64,000 nt of DNA from Octopus sinensis (GCF_006345805.1 NC_043024.1:7130001-7194000); one strand, 5' to 3'. Shown: positions 1-13,772, numbered from the stretch's first letter. Numbers and translations: made by a program. Notes: a model not told the origin generated them from the sequence alone.

Positions 1-172
1 AGGTTGTGGTTGCTGATTATGCAACTAGCAAGGGGTGGAAAATTGCCTGCGTAATTAGTCCTGCATTAGCGCAAATTTCGGCATTTCGTTTGCTTGTCGT
101 CGTTATTTTTTCACTTGTTGGTGATGGAGTGAGCAGTGGTTGAAGGGAATTGTTGTTGTGTCGTCGTCGTCG

Positions 173-210
<38 letters not shown>

Positions 211-398
211 ATTGTCGTTCTTGGTGACGGCGGTGGTGTTAGTAGTATTAGTAGCATTGACGGCACGGTCTTGGTGGCGGGGTGATGGTGGTGATGTTGG
301 TATGTTATTGGTGGCGACGTCTTTAGTAGGGATAGCAGTTTAGTAGCAGATTCTGCCATGGTGTTGTTGTCGGTGTTGTGTGGTGGTGGTGGACTCAC

Positions 399-570
399 TG
401 ATGGTGTTGACGGTGCTTGGCCTTGCGACCTTTGTTTTGTATTTGTTGCTGTTGTCGATGTTGATGGTGGCGGAGTTGTCAGGTTCAGCGTAAGGTAACA
501 GAGCATCCTGTTTTTCTGCCTCTGCGTCACGGTTGACTTGCACCTCAGCCTCGTGGTGACCAGTGGCCAT
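399..570 (-). CDS. Probable first coding exon of an unidentified gene continuing beyond the window start
   Basis: ATG in AAAATGG context. 57 codons of non-repetitive sequence (MATGHHEAEVQVNRDAEAEKQDALLPYAEPDNSATINIDNSNKYKTKVARPSTVNTI) end exactly at a consensus gtgagt donor. No family recognised. Confidence 0.55.
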
Positions 571-832
571 TTTGGAAATAAAATGGCTAAATGAAACCAC
601 GAAGGCTATGAGAATTTTTTCTTTTAAATTTTGCCCACAAGGGGCAAAATTTTGTGGAGATATTTATCAAAGGTTTACAGTGGATGTTGTTGCACAACTT
701 TTAAACACAAAATATTTCACAATAAATAATTTTCAACGTACAAAATGACCAACTTACGTGGAGCCCATTTGACTAGCGTCCGTCCGTCCGAGATAGATAG
801 ATAGATAAGATAGATAGATAGATAGATGGATG

Positions 833-864
<32 letters not shown>

Positions 865-1337
865 TTGCAAAATCACATTGAATTCCTAAATAAGCAAATT
901 CAACTATCATACTGTTGCCACCAACAGAGCTTCCCATTAGCAAATTTTTAATCATTCACAGTTAATACCGTCCCAAAAATACTGAGAGAATTTTAATTTC
1001 TAATGGAAATCAAGGGAGACAACTTTTTCCAGTGCAAAAGTGTAACCTCCCATGCATCAGCGGTTGCTGAGTTTCTAGCATGTAACTCAAAAGGTCCAAT
1101 GAGAACGAACGTTGTATCTTAGCCAATAGTAATCAGATTGATCAAGAGGTTGGGGCTGTATCTTTCCTCAGTATTGAAATGGCAGAACGATTAGATATTT
1201 TGTGCTTATGAGATTTACACTTTTGCAAATTTGAATCAATTGTAAAATCGAATATTTAACTAGAATACGCGATGAATATATATATATATATGCACATATA
1301 TATATATATATATGCATATATATATATATATGCATAT

Positions 1338-1373
<36 letters not shown>

Positions 1374-1473
1374 ATGTAGGTATTTATGTATGTTATATAT
1401 ATATATATATAATATATATATATATTATATATAATATATGCGTGTATGTGTGTGTATTATGTATGTATTTATG

Positions 1474-1524
<51 letters not shown>

Positions 1525-1669
1525 ATGTATACATACATATACATATCAATATCTGTTAACAAATATACATATATATATATATGTATGTATTAACAAATAT
1601 ACATATAGGAGTGGATTTGGTAGACGGAAACTAAAAGAAGCCCGCCGTGTGTGTGTGTGTGTGTATGTA

Positions 1670-1760
1670 CAGTAATCCCTCGACTATCGCGCGTGTTACA
1701 TTCCCAAAAAACCTCACGATAGGGGAAAATCCACGAAGTAGAAACAGTACAGTACTGTAT
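1670..1760 (+). mobile_element. Pogo/Tigger-like MITE left end
   Basis: TA|CAGTAATCCCTCGACTATCGCG terminus. A matching right end was not found. Confidence 0.4.
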
Positions 1761-2412
1761 ATTTTTTTATAATTTGTATATATTTATCTCAATGTATAAA
1801 AGTGAAATGGCCGAAAGTTGTGTGTTTGCCTATTTCATTTAGTGGTTATGCATGGTTTAATGGCAGTAGGCGTGCTCGGATTGCGGTAAAAATTTACAGG
1901 GACATGTTAAATGAGGCGAGGAAGCCACTGGACTAGGTTAGAAATCCCCATCTCAAAAGCTGTGGTTACTAGGGCAACAAAACCCAGACTTTGACAAGTG
2001 TTTGTCGTCTCTATCTTTCGGATAGCACCCCGTCTTCCTCGACCTCTCTCTTTCTTCCCTTCCCTCCAATTTCTCTCTGTAACGACATTTGACAGTTTCC
2101 ACTCTCTTTCCCTCTCTGCCTTCACCGTCTCTCTGTCAATCCTTCTCCCACCACCTCTCTCTCTATACGTACGTCTATATCTATAGTGAGAAAGTGTTGA
2201 CAGCCGTAAAAGTTTAAATATTCCCGCCACAGGTCTTTTACAACAGTGAATTATTATCGCCCACCACCACCGCACAATCATGATAACAGATATTTATTGT
2301 GTTTATATATATATATATATATATATATAATGTATATATATATATAATATATATAATAATATATATATTATAATATATTATATATACATATATATGTATA
2401 TATATATATATG

Positions 2413-2448
<36 letters not shown>

Positions 2449-2639
2449 TGTGTATGTAATATATATATATATGTATATATGTATATGTCTATATATATAT
2501 AAAGTGTTATCTATATTTATATATATGTATATATATATTATAGATATATAGATATATAATGTGTATACATATGTATAATGCGTACATATGCGCGTATCTC
2601 TGTAAGTCTACTACATATTTATGAAAAGGGCGTGCCATT

Positions 2640-3222
2640 GGAAAAGTCAGCAAATTGGGTCAATGGGTTCCTCACAAACTTCCCGAGTTTAATCGCGCGC
2701 AGAAAGTGAATGTGTGTCTTCTTTGCTATCAGGTCTCACAAATGAACCTTTTTTTCGACAGAATAGTGTCTGGTGACGAGAAATGATTTCTCTATAAAAA
2801 TGTCAAGTGCCGAAGACAGTGGGTAAGGAAAGGAGAAATACAGGCATCCCAAGGTAAAGCAGGTTTTCACCCACGTAAGGTGTTGTTATCTGTTTGGTGG
2901 GATATGAAAGGTTTAGTCCACTTTGAACTTTTAAACTTTTAAACCCAAACCAAACGATAACAAAGGAGATCTACTGCGAGCAGCTTAAGTCAGCACTAGA
3001 AGTAAAAAGACTATCTTTAGTTTCAAGATGAGAGGTGTTCTTCCAACAGGATAATGCTTGGCCACATACAGAGAGGATGACATTCCAAAGGCTGAAGAAG
3101 CTAGAATGGGAAACGATGCAGAAAATGAAGGAGAGTATATTTTGGGTTAAAAAAGAACTTTGTTTATCTCAATTTTGAAAACTAAAAGTATAAAAATTGC
3201 ATTATTTATGGGATGACCCAAT
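2640..3222 (+). pseudogene. Decayed mariner (DD34D-type) transposase with 3' TIR
   Basis: Motifs GQWVPHKL, RIVSGDEK*FLY, KVLLSVWWDMKGLVHFELL and QDNAWPH, with stops and frameshifts. Ends in the TIR-like ...atgggatgacccaata. Confidence 0.9.
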
Positions 3223-3234
3223 TATATTATATAC

Positions 3235-3300
<66 letters not shown>

Positions 3301-3326
3301 TGTGTGGTGTGTGTGTGTGTAGATAA

Positions 3327-3384
<58 letters not shown>

Positions 3385-3396
3385 GTGTGTGTGTGA

Positions 3397-3462
<66 letters not shown>

Positions 3463-3556
3463 GAAAGGGAAAGTTTACGAAAATAAACAAAAGACGAAGG
3501 CGGGTGGTGTACAAACAAACAGATGTATTAGTATAACGCTCAGGAATAGAAGAAGT

Positions 3557-3592
3557 CTTTTACGTTTCGAGCCTACGCTCTTCTACAGAAAG
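3557..3592 (-). ncRNA. Minimal hammerhead-like motif with variant core (CUGUAGA)
   Basis: CUUU-CUGUAGA-A-GAGC(GUAG)GCUC-GAA-ACGU-A/AAAG. A second partial copy lies at about 15008-15040. Confidence 0.55.
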
Positions 3593-4739
3593 GTACACAG
3601 AAAAAAAATAAGGAGAGAAACAAGAAGAGAAAAAAAAGGATATATATATATATACTCGCACACACATCATTTTGCTGTTACTTAAGTTTCACGTCTATAC
3701 GGTCAATCAGATGGTGACCAGTATTGCATTGCAACTTCAATATTTCAGTACTTTGTTTACGGTTAGTCCACAATACCCTGTAAGGAGCATAAGGCCGGCT
3801 TCCTGGTTTCTATAACGTATATATTAATCCCCCCTGGACGGGATGCCGGTCTGCCGCAGGGCTGCTCATTTTTACCAACTAAGTGGAGCAATGGGAAATG
3901 AAGCGTTTTGCGCAAGAAAACACAACACACTGCCCGGTCCAGGAATTGAAACCACAATCTTACGATCATGAGTCTAACACCCTAACCACTAAACCATGCG
4001 CTTTCACATTCTTGTTTTTAAGGGGTGATAATCTACATCTCAGCAAAAAAGGAAAAGACAAATCGTAAAAACACTTTTCTATGGGGAGATAACTTATTTT
4101 GACTTGAAGTCGAAATTCTAATGAATTTAATACTGATTTTTTTTTTCTTCCTTTGTACACTAGAGGAATAACACATTCGTGTGAGTTTCCTTGTGTTCTT
4201 AGTGCCTCGTGATGTTCACTTTCTCATTTAGGTCCCAAAATAATTTCAGTATATCACTTTTGGAGAAAGACGGAGGGGAACGCAACCCTATGGTAAATCA
4301 CAGTGTTGTTGTGAAAACAAAAAGCACGCAACGTAGGTAGTAGCTGCTGTTGCTAATGTACAACAGAAAACAGAATAATTTAAAACTATTTGGCTTGAAC
4401 AGTACGCGTGAAATTTCATCATATCTCAATGCAAGGAATGTTCTTCAAGCCTTCAAAATTATACCTATAAAGTCCAAATCCGCTGGTATAAGTATGTATA
4501 CTAGCGGATCTCGTGTTCCAGACTTCAAGCACAACCCCTGAACGAAGTAACGGGAGACGTAACGGCGACACATTAATTTATACTAAGAATTTAAGCACAA
4601 TTGCTCCTACTCAAGAAGCACACATTTTCACGTGCGCTATTCGGTACAAAGGACTGCATGGAAACGACACGGCATAGTGTTATTCGTCCAATGACAGAAT
4701 CATGTCAAACATAAAATATCTTAAAATCTAGCCGACCAC

Positions 4740-5072
4740 AGGAGGCGCGTGGCTTAGTGGTTAGGGTGTCAGCACCATGATCGAAAGATTGTAGTTTCGA
4801 TTCCTGGACCAGGCGACGCGTTGTGTTCTTGAGCAAAACACCTCATTTCACGTTGCTCCAGTCCACTTAGCTGGCAAAAATGAGTAACGCTGCGATGGAC
4901 TAGCATCCCATCCAGCTAGGGGACACATACGCCACAGAAACCTGGAAACCGGGCCCATGAGCCTGGCTAGGCTTTAAAAGGGCACAAGTGGAGATGCGTG
5001 GCTTAGTGGTTAGGGTGTCAGCATCATGATCGTAAGATTGTGGTTTCGATTCCTGGACCGATTCCTGGAGGG
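4740..5072 (+). mobile_element. tRNA-derived SINE plus partial tandem head copy
   Basis: ggaggcgcgtggcttagtggttag..gtttcgattcc. Related tRNA-head SINEs lie at about 3780(-), 29545, 35700(-), 42585(-), 43321(-), 45160, 51553, 54027 and 60508(-). Confidence 0.8.
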
Positions 5073-5679
5073 CGCATTTATTTTATTTATTTTTAACTGA
5101 CCACAATGACGTCAAAATTGTTTCCTTTTTAAAAAATTGTTATCTTTCCTCCTCAAGTGGGGCTAGTCTTAATTACCATTTGGTAATTAGTATGCATCCT
5201 CTAACAATTTCTGTCGTATGGTATTTGGTGTACCTATACTAGTCTACTATATATACAGATGACTGGCAAAGGAAGAAATTGAGACACTGGGATATAATTA
5301 TTCGTAAATTGGGGTCACTAAGGGATTCCTGCCATCCTGAATAAGGTATTTTTTTAATGTGACGTCACACCATCAACTTCAAAAGGAAGACAAGGAATAT
5401 GGGCGCATGCGCATTGCATCAGGCTGCGCATGGAATTACAGAATTGCATGCGTCGATGTGTTGCATCTACGATTTCTCCTACTACTACTACCACCACTAG
5501 TGCGTCTACAGTAGCTACTGCTGCTGCTACTACTACTAATACTTGTTGCATACCTGTACCGATAAAACAATAAACAAGAGCAACCATAAAATAACAGTAG
5601 CGCCATCTACGTTATCAAAGTTCACAGCTACTACTACTACTACTATTACTACTCCTACTTGTACTACCACTACTACTGC

Positions 5680-5719
<40 letters not shown>

Positions 5720-5893
5720 GCTGCTTCCTACTGCAACTGTAGCAAAAACAAGAAATGCCGTTACAACAATAACTGCAACAAAAATTATATTTACAGCTAG
5801 TGCAAAAACAAAAGGTCAGAGAAAAATAGCCAAAAAAAAGGGAACAGAAAAGTACAAAAATTACAAAAAACTACATCGACAAAAGGAACAACA

Positions 5894-5957
<64 letters not shown>

Positions 5958-6624
5958 ATCATATTGGTGGAAGGGGTTCGGTGGAAGGGCGAGGGCACTT
6001 TGGCTGAATATCAGATGATTGATTTCCACATATGTTTCGAAAAAACATATCGATAAAGACATCTCTACTGCTTCTACGTTATTACCAACATTTTTATAGC
6101 GTCAAAACCACGATTTTCTTTTTCTTATTTTATTTATTATTCTCATAAACCACCCTTCTTTTTCCCCTCCGCATCCCTCTCTCCGCTTTCAACTTTAAGG
6201 GAGCAAGTGTTTTTTTACAACCTTACTCTACTCTGCGAATCCTGAAAGCTTTCTTTATTTCTAATTCTATATATTTTTTTTGTTTATTTCTTTTAATGTT
6301 GTTTTAGTATTGGTGGGGTTTTATTAAGGTTTTTTTTCTTTCTGTTTCCTTTTGTTGTTTTTTTGTTTTGTTGTTTTTTTGTTTTGTTGTTTTTTTGTTT
6401 TTCTTCGAGACATGCTATAATCGTTGTCAAACACGAGGAATCAGATGAGAGAGGGAAATTATTTCCTTTAGTTCAGTGGGTATAACAGTACTGAGGTTGA
6501 AGATAAGTTACTTCTCTTTATGTGTGCGGAAATGTGGAGGTATGTGTTGTTTAGAAACATATGTGTATATGTGCGTGATGTATGTACAAGTTATACACAA
6601 ACACACACACACACACACACACAC

Positions 6625-6810
6625 ATGAAGGTGTATTGAAAAGTTCCTGGCTTTGGGTAAAAGAAAATACAGGAGGATCAGTTAACGAGAATTTTACTCA
6701 ATATATTCCCCTCTCAGATTCACACACTTATTGCAGCGGTCCTTCAGTTTTTCTAAGCCGAGCCTTTCGCGATACCCTTAAAGCCAGGAAATTTTCAGCA
6801 CCCTCTCGTA
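6625..6810. mobile_element. Tc1/mariner-type MITE
   Basis: Imperfect TIRs ..tgaaaagttcctggcttt / aaagccaggaaattttcagcaccctctcgTA. A related copy lies at 53235-53866. Confidence 0.7.
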
Positions 6811-6939
6811 TGTAAGTACAAGTTATATATATATGAAGGAATATGGTAGACGGAAACTGAAAGAAACCCAAACTACATCTATCAATCTATCTAGATAAAT
6901 AAATAAATAAATAAATAAATAGATAGATAGATAGATGGT

Positions 6940-6985
<46 letters not shown>

Positions 6986-8255
6986 TGTTTCTTTATTAGC
7001 CACACAGGGCTGCACACAGATAGAACAAATTACAAGGTAGAGCTTTTCTTTTGAAGGTTTAAAAAAAAAAAAAAGGAAGGGGGAGTTTCGATCAAAAGGG
7101 ATCGTAAAAGGAGAGAAAGAGGACAAAAAAAAGGGGGGGTTAAAAAAAAAAAAAAGGGGGAGAGGAAAAAAAATTGATCAATAGGGATCGTTATCACAGA
7201 AATGTCAATATGAAGTGTAAAGGGGAGGACAGGTGAGGTTACCCGTGGAAAGAAAAGCCTACGGAAAAGACACGGTAACCTCGGTCAATGAAGTCACATT
7301 TTATATTTCTTTTTTTTTTTTTTTTTTTTGCAAATAAGCAACTCTCTGTTTTCGATTTCTGGGTTCATAGGACTATGCTCAAGGTGGCTTCGTCATTCAT
7401 ACGTGCCATTCTGCTACATTCACCCATCTTTTTTTAAAACATTCGCTAGACAAAACTTGCCTCTCTACTCTCACTTTCCTTTTCAAGTGGTACTTGAAGA
7501 AGTTGATGAGAGATTGACCAGAGAGGAAAGTGTTTGTCTCCAATCCTTTCAGACGCGTCCACCAGATACATTCTTTCGCCATAGCCACAAGGATGATGAA
7601 AATAGCTCTTCCTTCCCGTTTGAAGGAAGGAGGCGTGACAATATGACGATAGACTCAGCTGATAAACCGACTCGTCCCACACGTGACAGCAGTTGTTCGA
7701 CATAAGCCCACAGGTCGGAAATTGTTGGACACTGAACGAGTGCGTGCAGAACGGTTTCGTCGCTCTGACCGCATCTCGGGCAGGTCGGCCCCGTGTTTCT
7801 CGAGCCGTGTCTGTAGAGCTTATCCCGAACGGGTAGCGCTTCTCGGTAGCACTGCCAGGCCAGGGATCTCTGGAAGTTGTCCATGGGCCCTGGCCCGAAA
7901 GTCGTCCCGAACAGGCGGGTCAGGTACTCCTCGTCGACGTCCAGGTTCGCCCCGAGCTCGTCGTCGTACCTCCCCTCCACTAAACCCCTATAGAATGCTT
8001 TGGTTGTGTTGAAGTCACTTAAGGTCGACCCAGGACGGCAGAGTTGCTTGAGAGCAACGCGACACTCGCGGTGCCATTCGCCCTTCCTCGGCCTCTTTTT
8101 GATCCACGACTGCAGTTCGGTCATGGAGACGAGCTGCGGGAAAGCGTGCCTCACAAACGGCGACCACACCTGTTCACCGTCGTCTACATAGAGCCAGAGA
8201 TGTCGCAGTCTCAGCGCGTGTCTGCGCATCATCAACCACGGCATGCCCAGCCCTC
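6986..8255 (-). mobile_element. 5'-truncated L1/Tx1-clade LINE (zf-RVT C-terminus plus 3'UTR) embedded in a (GATA)n array
   Basis: ORF 7549-8244 contains CPRC..ETVLHALVQC..W, with a frameshifted continuation at 7397-7588. AATAAA near the 3' end. Both flanks are (GATA)n. Confidence 0.85.
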
Positions 8256-8368
<113 letters not shown>

Positions 8369-8393
8369 CGGACAGAATGATAGACAGACAGAC

Positions 8394-8445
<52 letters not shown>

Positions 8446-9536
8446 GTTTATGTTTGTGTTTGTTCCGCCACCACTACTTCATAACCGATGTTGTTTTGCT
8501 TACGGCCCTGTAATTTAACATTTCAGCAAAAGAATCCGATAAAATAAGCATCGGACATGAAATAACTACTGAGGACGACTTGTTCCACTAAATCCTTCAA
8601 AGCAGTGCCCCAACATGACTGCAGTCCAATGAATGAAACAACTAAAAGACAAAAGAAAGAATAAAAGAATAAAAAGAGTAAAGAAAAAAGAAAGAATCAG
8701 CTAGGAGTCAACGGATTAAAGGGAAATGGTATGAAGAGGATAAATCTTTAATTTTAAAAAATATGTATTCACGAAATACTTTTTGAGAGAGGGAAATTAT
8801 TTCATTTAGTTCAGAGGGTATGACAGTACTGAGGTTGAAGATAAGTTACTTCTCTTTATGTGTGCGGAAATGTGTAGGTATGTGTTGTTTAGAAACTCAA
8901 AAGTTAATGGACGAAATGGCCAAGTAATTTAAGTTTAGGGCCACATATCTGTAATGAGTGCAAAGAATTACCTTGCCTATGCAATCCTTATATTTTGATG
9001 GTTAATTCTTTGTTACAGACATTCGGAAATTCGAAATGCAAAGGCGAATAGGTATGTGATTGTCAAACGCGAAAGGGTATGAAACCGGAAGGGAAGGTGG
9101 AGAGTGGGCCAGGGAACTGAATTAAATGGGGAAGATAAATCTTCAATTTAAGAAACAATTATGTAATCAATAATAAATCTCTGAGCGAGGTATACACAGT
9201 AGCTGCACGACATTGTGAAGTATATTTTCCACTTAAATGTGGCTAACCCGTAAGGGAGGATGCTACTGTAACTTGTAGCCCCAGGAGAACACCTCATCCA
9301 GCTGGCTATTGACACACTTTCTGTGCCCTATCAAGGGTTGGCCACATTTAAGTGGCAAATATACTTCACTAATTATTTAATCATTCTTACGAAAAAGACA
9401 ATCGTTTATTGAGTGCTAAATATGAGACAGTGCTGAGCGTAAAACTAAGCTACTTCTCTTTTATGTTTACGTGAATATGTGGCTCCATGGCTTTCAGAAA
9501 CTCCAGACACAGAGTGTTAGTCAACAGCTTGGCCAG

Positions 9537-9750
9537 GTGGCGAGCTGGCAGAAACGTTAGCACGCCAGGCGAAATGCTTAGCGGTATTTCGTCTGCCGCT
9601 ACGTTCTGAGTTCAAATTCCACCGAGGTCGACTTTGCCTTTCATCCTTTCGGGGTCGATAAATTAAGTACCAGTTACGCACAGGGGTCGATGTAATCGAC
9701 TTAATACCTATGTCTGTCCTTGTTTGTCCTCTTGTGGGTAATAAAGAAAT
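9537..9750 (+). mobile_element. Second SINE family (ggcgagctggcagaaacgttagc head)
   Basis: tRNA-like head with a gagttcaaattcc B-box. Copies at about 18250-18600(-), 28218-28445, 28915-29295(-), 52688-53100 and 58660-59030(-). Confidence 0.85.
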
Positions 9751-10152
9751 AGGTTGGCCAGGTGGCTGAAAATTTGGGTGCATGAGTTCAGTTTCTTTAA
9801 TTTTGTCTGTGGCGAACATTTCTGATTCAACGAACGGGTCACTATCTTCATGTCATCCATCCTTATCAGTTTCTCCTTAGCTCTACTTCTTTTCTTTTTC
9901 TTCGGCTTCCTTTTAATAATCCACCGGACAACAATAGATCACACTGATTTACAGTTGATAATGAATCAAAATGATTCCCAATATATTACAGCGAATCATT
10001 GTTGATAACAGTAGATTCCGATAGATGACAATTCGTCCCAGCAAATCAAATGAGCGAAAATATATAACAGCGAATTTCAATGAGTCAAAGAATCACAATG
10101 AGAGCAGAAGCCAAAAAAGAAGTTTCCTGAAGCGTTCCATATTTCTAAGAAT

Positions 10153-10318
10153 AGGCGCAGAAGTGGCTGTGTGGTAAGTAGCTTGCTTACCAACCACATG
10201 GCTCCGGGTTTAGTCCCACTGCGTGGCACCTTGGGCATGTGTCTTCTACTATAGCCTCGGGCCGACCAAAGCCTTGTGAGTGGATTTAGTAGACGGAAAA
10301 TGAAAGAAATCCGTCGTA

Positions 10319-10358
<40 letters not shown>

Positions 10359-10575
10359 CGTGTGTATATGTTTGTGTCTGTGCTTGTCCCCCCAACATCG
10401 CTGGATAACCGATGCTGTTGTGTTTACGTCCCCGCAACTTAGCGGTTCGGCAAAAGAGACCGATAGAATAAGTACTAGGCTAACAAAGAATAAGTCCTGG
10501 GTTCGATTTGCTCGACTAAAAGGCGGTGCTTCAGCATGGCCGCAATCAAATGACTGGAACAAGTAAAAGAGTAAA
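10153..10575 (+). mobile_element. Major tRNA-derived SINE with central microsatellite (representative copy)
   Basis: Head ggcgcag.agtggctgtgtggtaag..gggttcagtccc with A/B-box-like motifs, a (TA/TG)n centre and the tail ..aaacaagtaaaagagt. Other copies at 10845, 12801, 19300(-), 27990(-), 30140(-), 31513(-), 36757, 39020, 43095(-), 49869(-), 56430 and 59848. Confidence 0.9.
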
Positions 10576-10993
10576 AGAATAAAATTACACCATAACGACC
10601 TGCGTACGAATGAACCGCCAGTGTGCTGTCGGTGACTAAAATTTCTCTACCAGAACAACCTATCACAGCGTTTCGTACTAAACCACGTATAGATTTTATT
10701 TCGCACGTATTTCAGCAAAAGCAACAAATAAAAAAAACAACGCGAGCCATTCCAGTAGGTCTTTACACGTCCGCTTGACATTCAAGAAACAGCAGCCAAA
10801 TCTACCCCAGGTTATTCTATACTTGTTTTTAAATGGCTCATTATAAGTAGCTTGCTTACCAACCACATGGTTCTGGGTTCCTTCCCACTGCGTGGCACCT
10901 TGGGCAAGTGTCTTCTACTATAGCCTCGGTTCGACCAATGCCTTGTGAGTGGATTTGGTAGACGGAAACTGAAAGAAGCCCGTCGTATATATG

Positions 10994-11040
<47 letters not shown>

Positions 11041-12259
11041 TGTGTTGTGTGTGTGTGTGTGTTTGTTTGTCTGTGTTTATCCCCCAACCATTGCTTGACA
11101 ACCGATGCTGGTGTGTTTACGTCGCCGTCACTTGGCGGTTCGACAAAAGAGACCGATAGAATAAGTACTGGGCTTACAAAGAATAAGTCCCGGGGTCGAT
11201 TTGTTCGACTAAAGGCAGTGCTCCAGTATGGCCGCAGTCAAATGTCTGAAACAAGTAAAAGAGAGAGTATATAAATCTATGAGTGTATATCTGCATAAAG
11301 TGAGGTGGGGAGGAAAAAAAGGAGCAGGGGAGAAGATAACTCTTTTAGAAAATCCATATAAGGGAGAAGAGTTGCTGCCCTTGTCTAAACTAATACAACT
11401 GACCAGTGAAAATAACTAAGAACAATCGAGGGAAAGGGAAAACATCTACCTGGCTGCTATAATTGTTAGAAATAGCATCCAAATCTTCCTCAGACTATAT
11501 CCTACTGGCTTTTCTTTTTACATAGATTCTTGCATGTCTCGCGTACATTTGGGGCGCCAGAATTCGGACTCACACAGTTTTCGTTTACATCCCTTCGATA
11601 TTTACATTCCTTCGATATAGCTCGACAAGGTCGAGACGTTTCACTTCGGGTATTTCCGTGGGTTGTGGAGTATAGATATAACGAAATTATGCCAGCAATG
11701 TCTCGTTTTAAACTTGAAGGGGAAAAAAGCCTTGCATGTTTGTTCTTATCTGTTTCATGTGTGTGTATGTAAAATCCGTAAATTTCCAAGCAGAAAACAA
11801 AAATCGAACTGTCACGGAAATACCCGAAGTGAAACGCTTTGATTTTGTCGAGTTATATCGAAGAAATGCCCACATCCCTTTACGTCTCCAGTTCAAATTT
11901 CGTTTAATGTCGACGTTGACTTTCCTCCTTCTGGGGCCGATAAAAGGAAGTAGCAATAAGCTATGTGGATCCATTTGATTAGTACAGCCTTCCTCGAATG
12001 TTTATGATCCTGGGACTGTAATAAAAATAATGATCGTTTCTTTGTTGTTTAGTCCTAGGTCAGCCTCGATTAGTGAGGTGAGCTTGTGGTTAAAGGGGTA
12101 TGAACTTCTGCCCACGACCATCCCAACTTAATTTCGCGCGGGTGAGGTGGGGGTGAGTGTTTGTGTGTATGTGAGAGTGTTGTATGTGCTAGTGTTCTAG
12201 TATTTACATGTGTATGTCACCCACACCTCTGTGTGTGGGGGGTGCGTACGTGCATGTGT

Positions 12260-12694
12260 GGGACCTTTTCGGTTTGAACGGTACTTTTTCCTAGCGGTAT
12301 CATATGAAATTGTCACCGATAATTATGACCCTAGTATCGATCTATTGCATTTCAATCTCTTTTAGGGTTAGGGTTGGTAAGGGTTAGGGTTAGGGGTGGG
12401 GGAAGGGTATCTTTTTTTCTTCACAAATGTAAATAAACCCAATCTGTTTCTTAAACGAGGGACATATTCATACGGCACAGAATGCTTTTTAACTCAATAG
12501 ACGTCACTGATTGGTTGAAATTGCAGAAATTGAAGGGAAAAAAGCAACAAATATCTTACAAACTATAGAATTTTCTCAATAAAGCCAAGAGAAAAAGATG
12601 TTTTATAAACACATTCTACCAGTATACGAAGTTTAAAAGTGTTTAGTTAAATAGAAATTATGTTAAAAACTGCCGTTCAAACCGAAAAGATCCC
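12260..12694. mobile_element. MITE with about 29-bp TIRs and internal (TTAGGG)n-like tract, copy 1
   Basis: GGGACCTTTTCGGTTTGAACGG...CCGTTCAAACCGAAAAGATCCC, flanked by atgtgt/gtgtgt. Confidence 0.85.
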
Positions 12695-12967
12695 GTGTGT
12701 GTGTGTCCACAACTATATTAGCCAATATATCACGGCAAAACTGAATGAAATATACTCGATAAGCAGTTATTTTCTATCTTGGTTTATGAAATTTGAATAT
12801 AGGCGCAGGCGTGGCTGCGTCTGTCGTAAAAAGCTTGCTTCCCAACCACATGGTCCCGGGTTCAGTCTCACTGCGCGGTACCCTGGGCAAGTATCTTCTA
12901 CTATAGCCTTGGGCTGACCAAAGCCTTGTGAGTGGATTTGGTAGACGGAAACTGAAAGAGGCCCATC

Positions 12968-13016
<49 letters not shown>

Positions 13017-13355
13017 ATATATATAATATATATATATATATATAATGTGTGTACTTGTGTTTGTGTTTGTCCCACAACCACCGCTTGACAACCGGTCTTG
13101 GTGTGTTTAGCCTCCCGTAACTTAGCGGTTCGGCAAAGTTATCGATGGAATAAGTATTAGACTTATAAAAAAAAAAATAGGTACTGAGGTCAATACATTC
13201 GACTTGAAAAATTCTTCGAGGTGGTGTCCCAGCATGGCCGCAGTCTAAGTGGAAAATAAAAGATAAAAGATATACGTCAAACTTTGCATGTGAAGGGACG
13301 CTGCCAATCTTTTATTATTATTATTATTATTAAACCCCAGCGTAAATTCAGAGAG

Positions 13356-13772
13356 GGGATCTTTTCGGTTTGAACGGCAGTTTTTTCTAGCGGTGTCATA
13401 TGAAATTGTCACCCATAATTATGACCCTAGTATCGATCTATTGCATTTCAATCCGTTTTAGGGTTAGGGTTAGGGGTGAGGGAAGGGTATCTTTTTTTCT
13501 TCACAAATGTAAATAAACCCAATCTGTTTCTTAAACGAGGGACATATTCATACGGCACAGAATGTTTTCACCTCAATAGACGTCATTGATTGGTTGAAAT
13601 TGCAGAAATTGAAGAAAAAAAACAACAAATATCTTACAAACTATAGAATTTTCTCAATAAAGCCAAGAGAAAAAGATGTTTTATAAACACATTCTACCAG
13701 TATACGAAGTTTAAAAGTGTTTAGTTACCTACAAATTATTTTAAAAACTGTCGTTCAAACCGAAAAGATCCC
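13356..13772. mobile_element. Same MITE, copy 2
   Basis: Same TIRs and body as copy 1. Exact AGAGAG direct repeat on both sides (candidate TSD). Confidence 0.88.

Noticed and set aside
111-530. 139-aa ORF with poly-Thr and poly-His
   Set aside because: Mostly trinucleotide repeats. It overlaps the better-supported 399-570 exon in another frame and runs through its donor site.
3090-3116. CUGAAGA...GAAACG inside the mariner remnant (similar isolated cores at 16868 and 29441)
   Set aside because: No stem II or stem I pairing; chance match within another element.
4740-4815. tRNA gene (also at 29545, 35930 and 51553)
   Set aside because: tRNA-like heads continue into shared repeat bodies and lack a convincing acceptor stem and terminator, so they are SINEs.
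12361-12402. True telomere or chromosome-fusion relic
   Set aside because: Short tract found at the same position in both MITE copies, so it is carried by the element.
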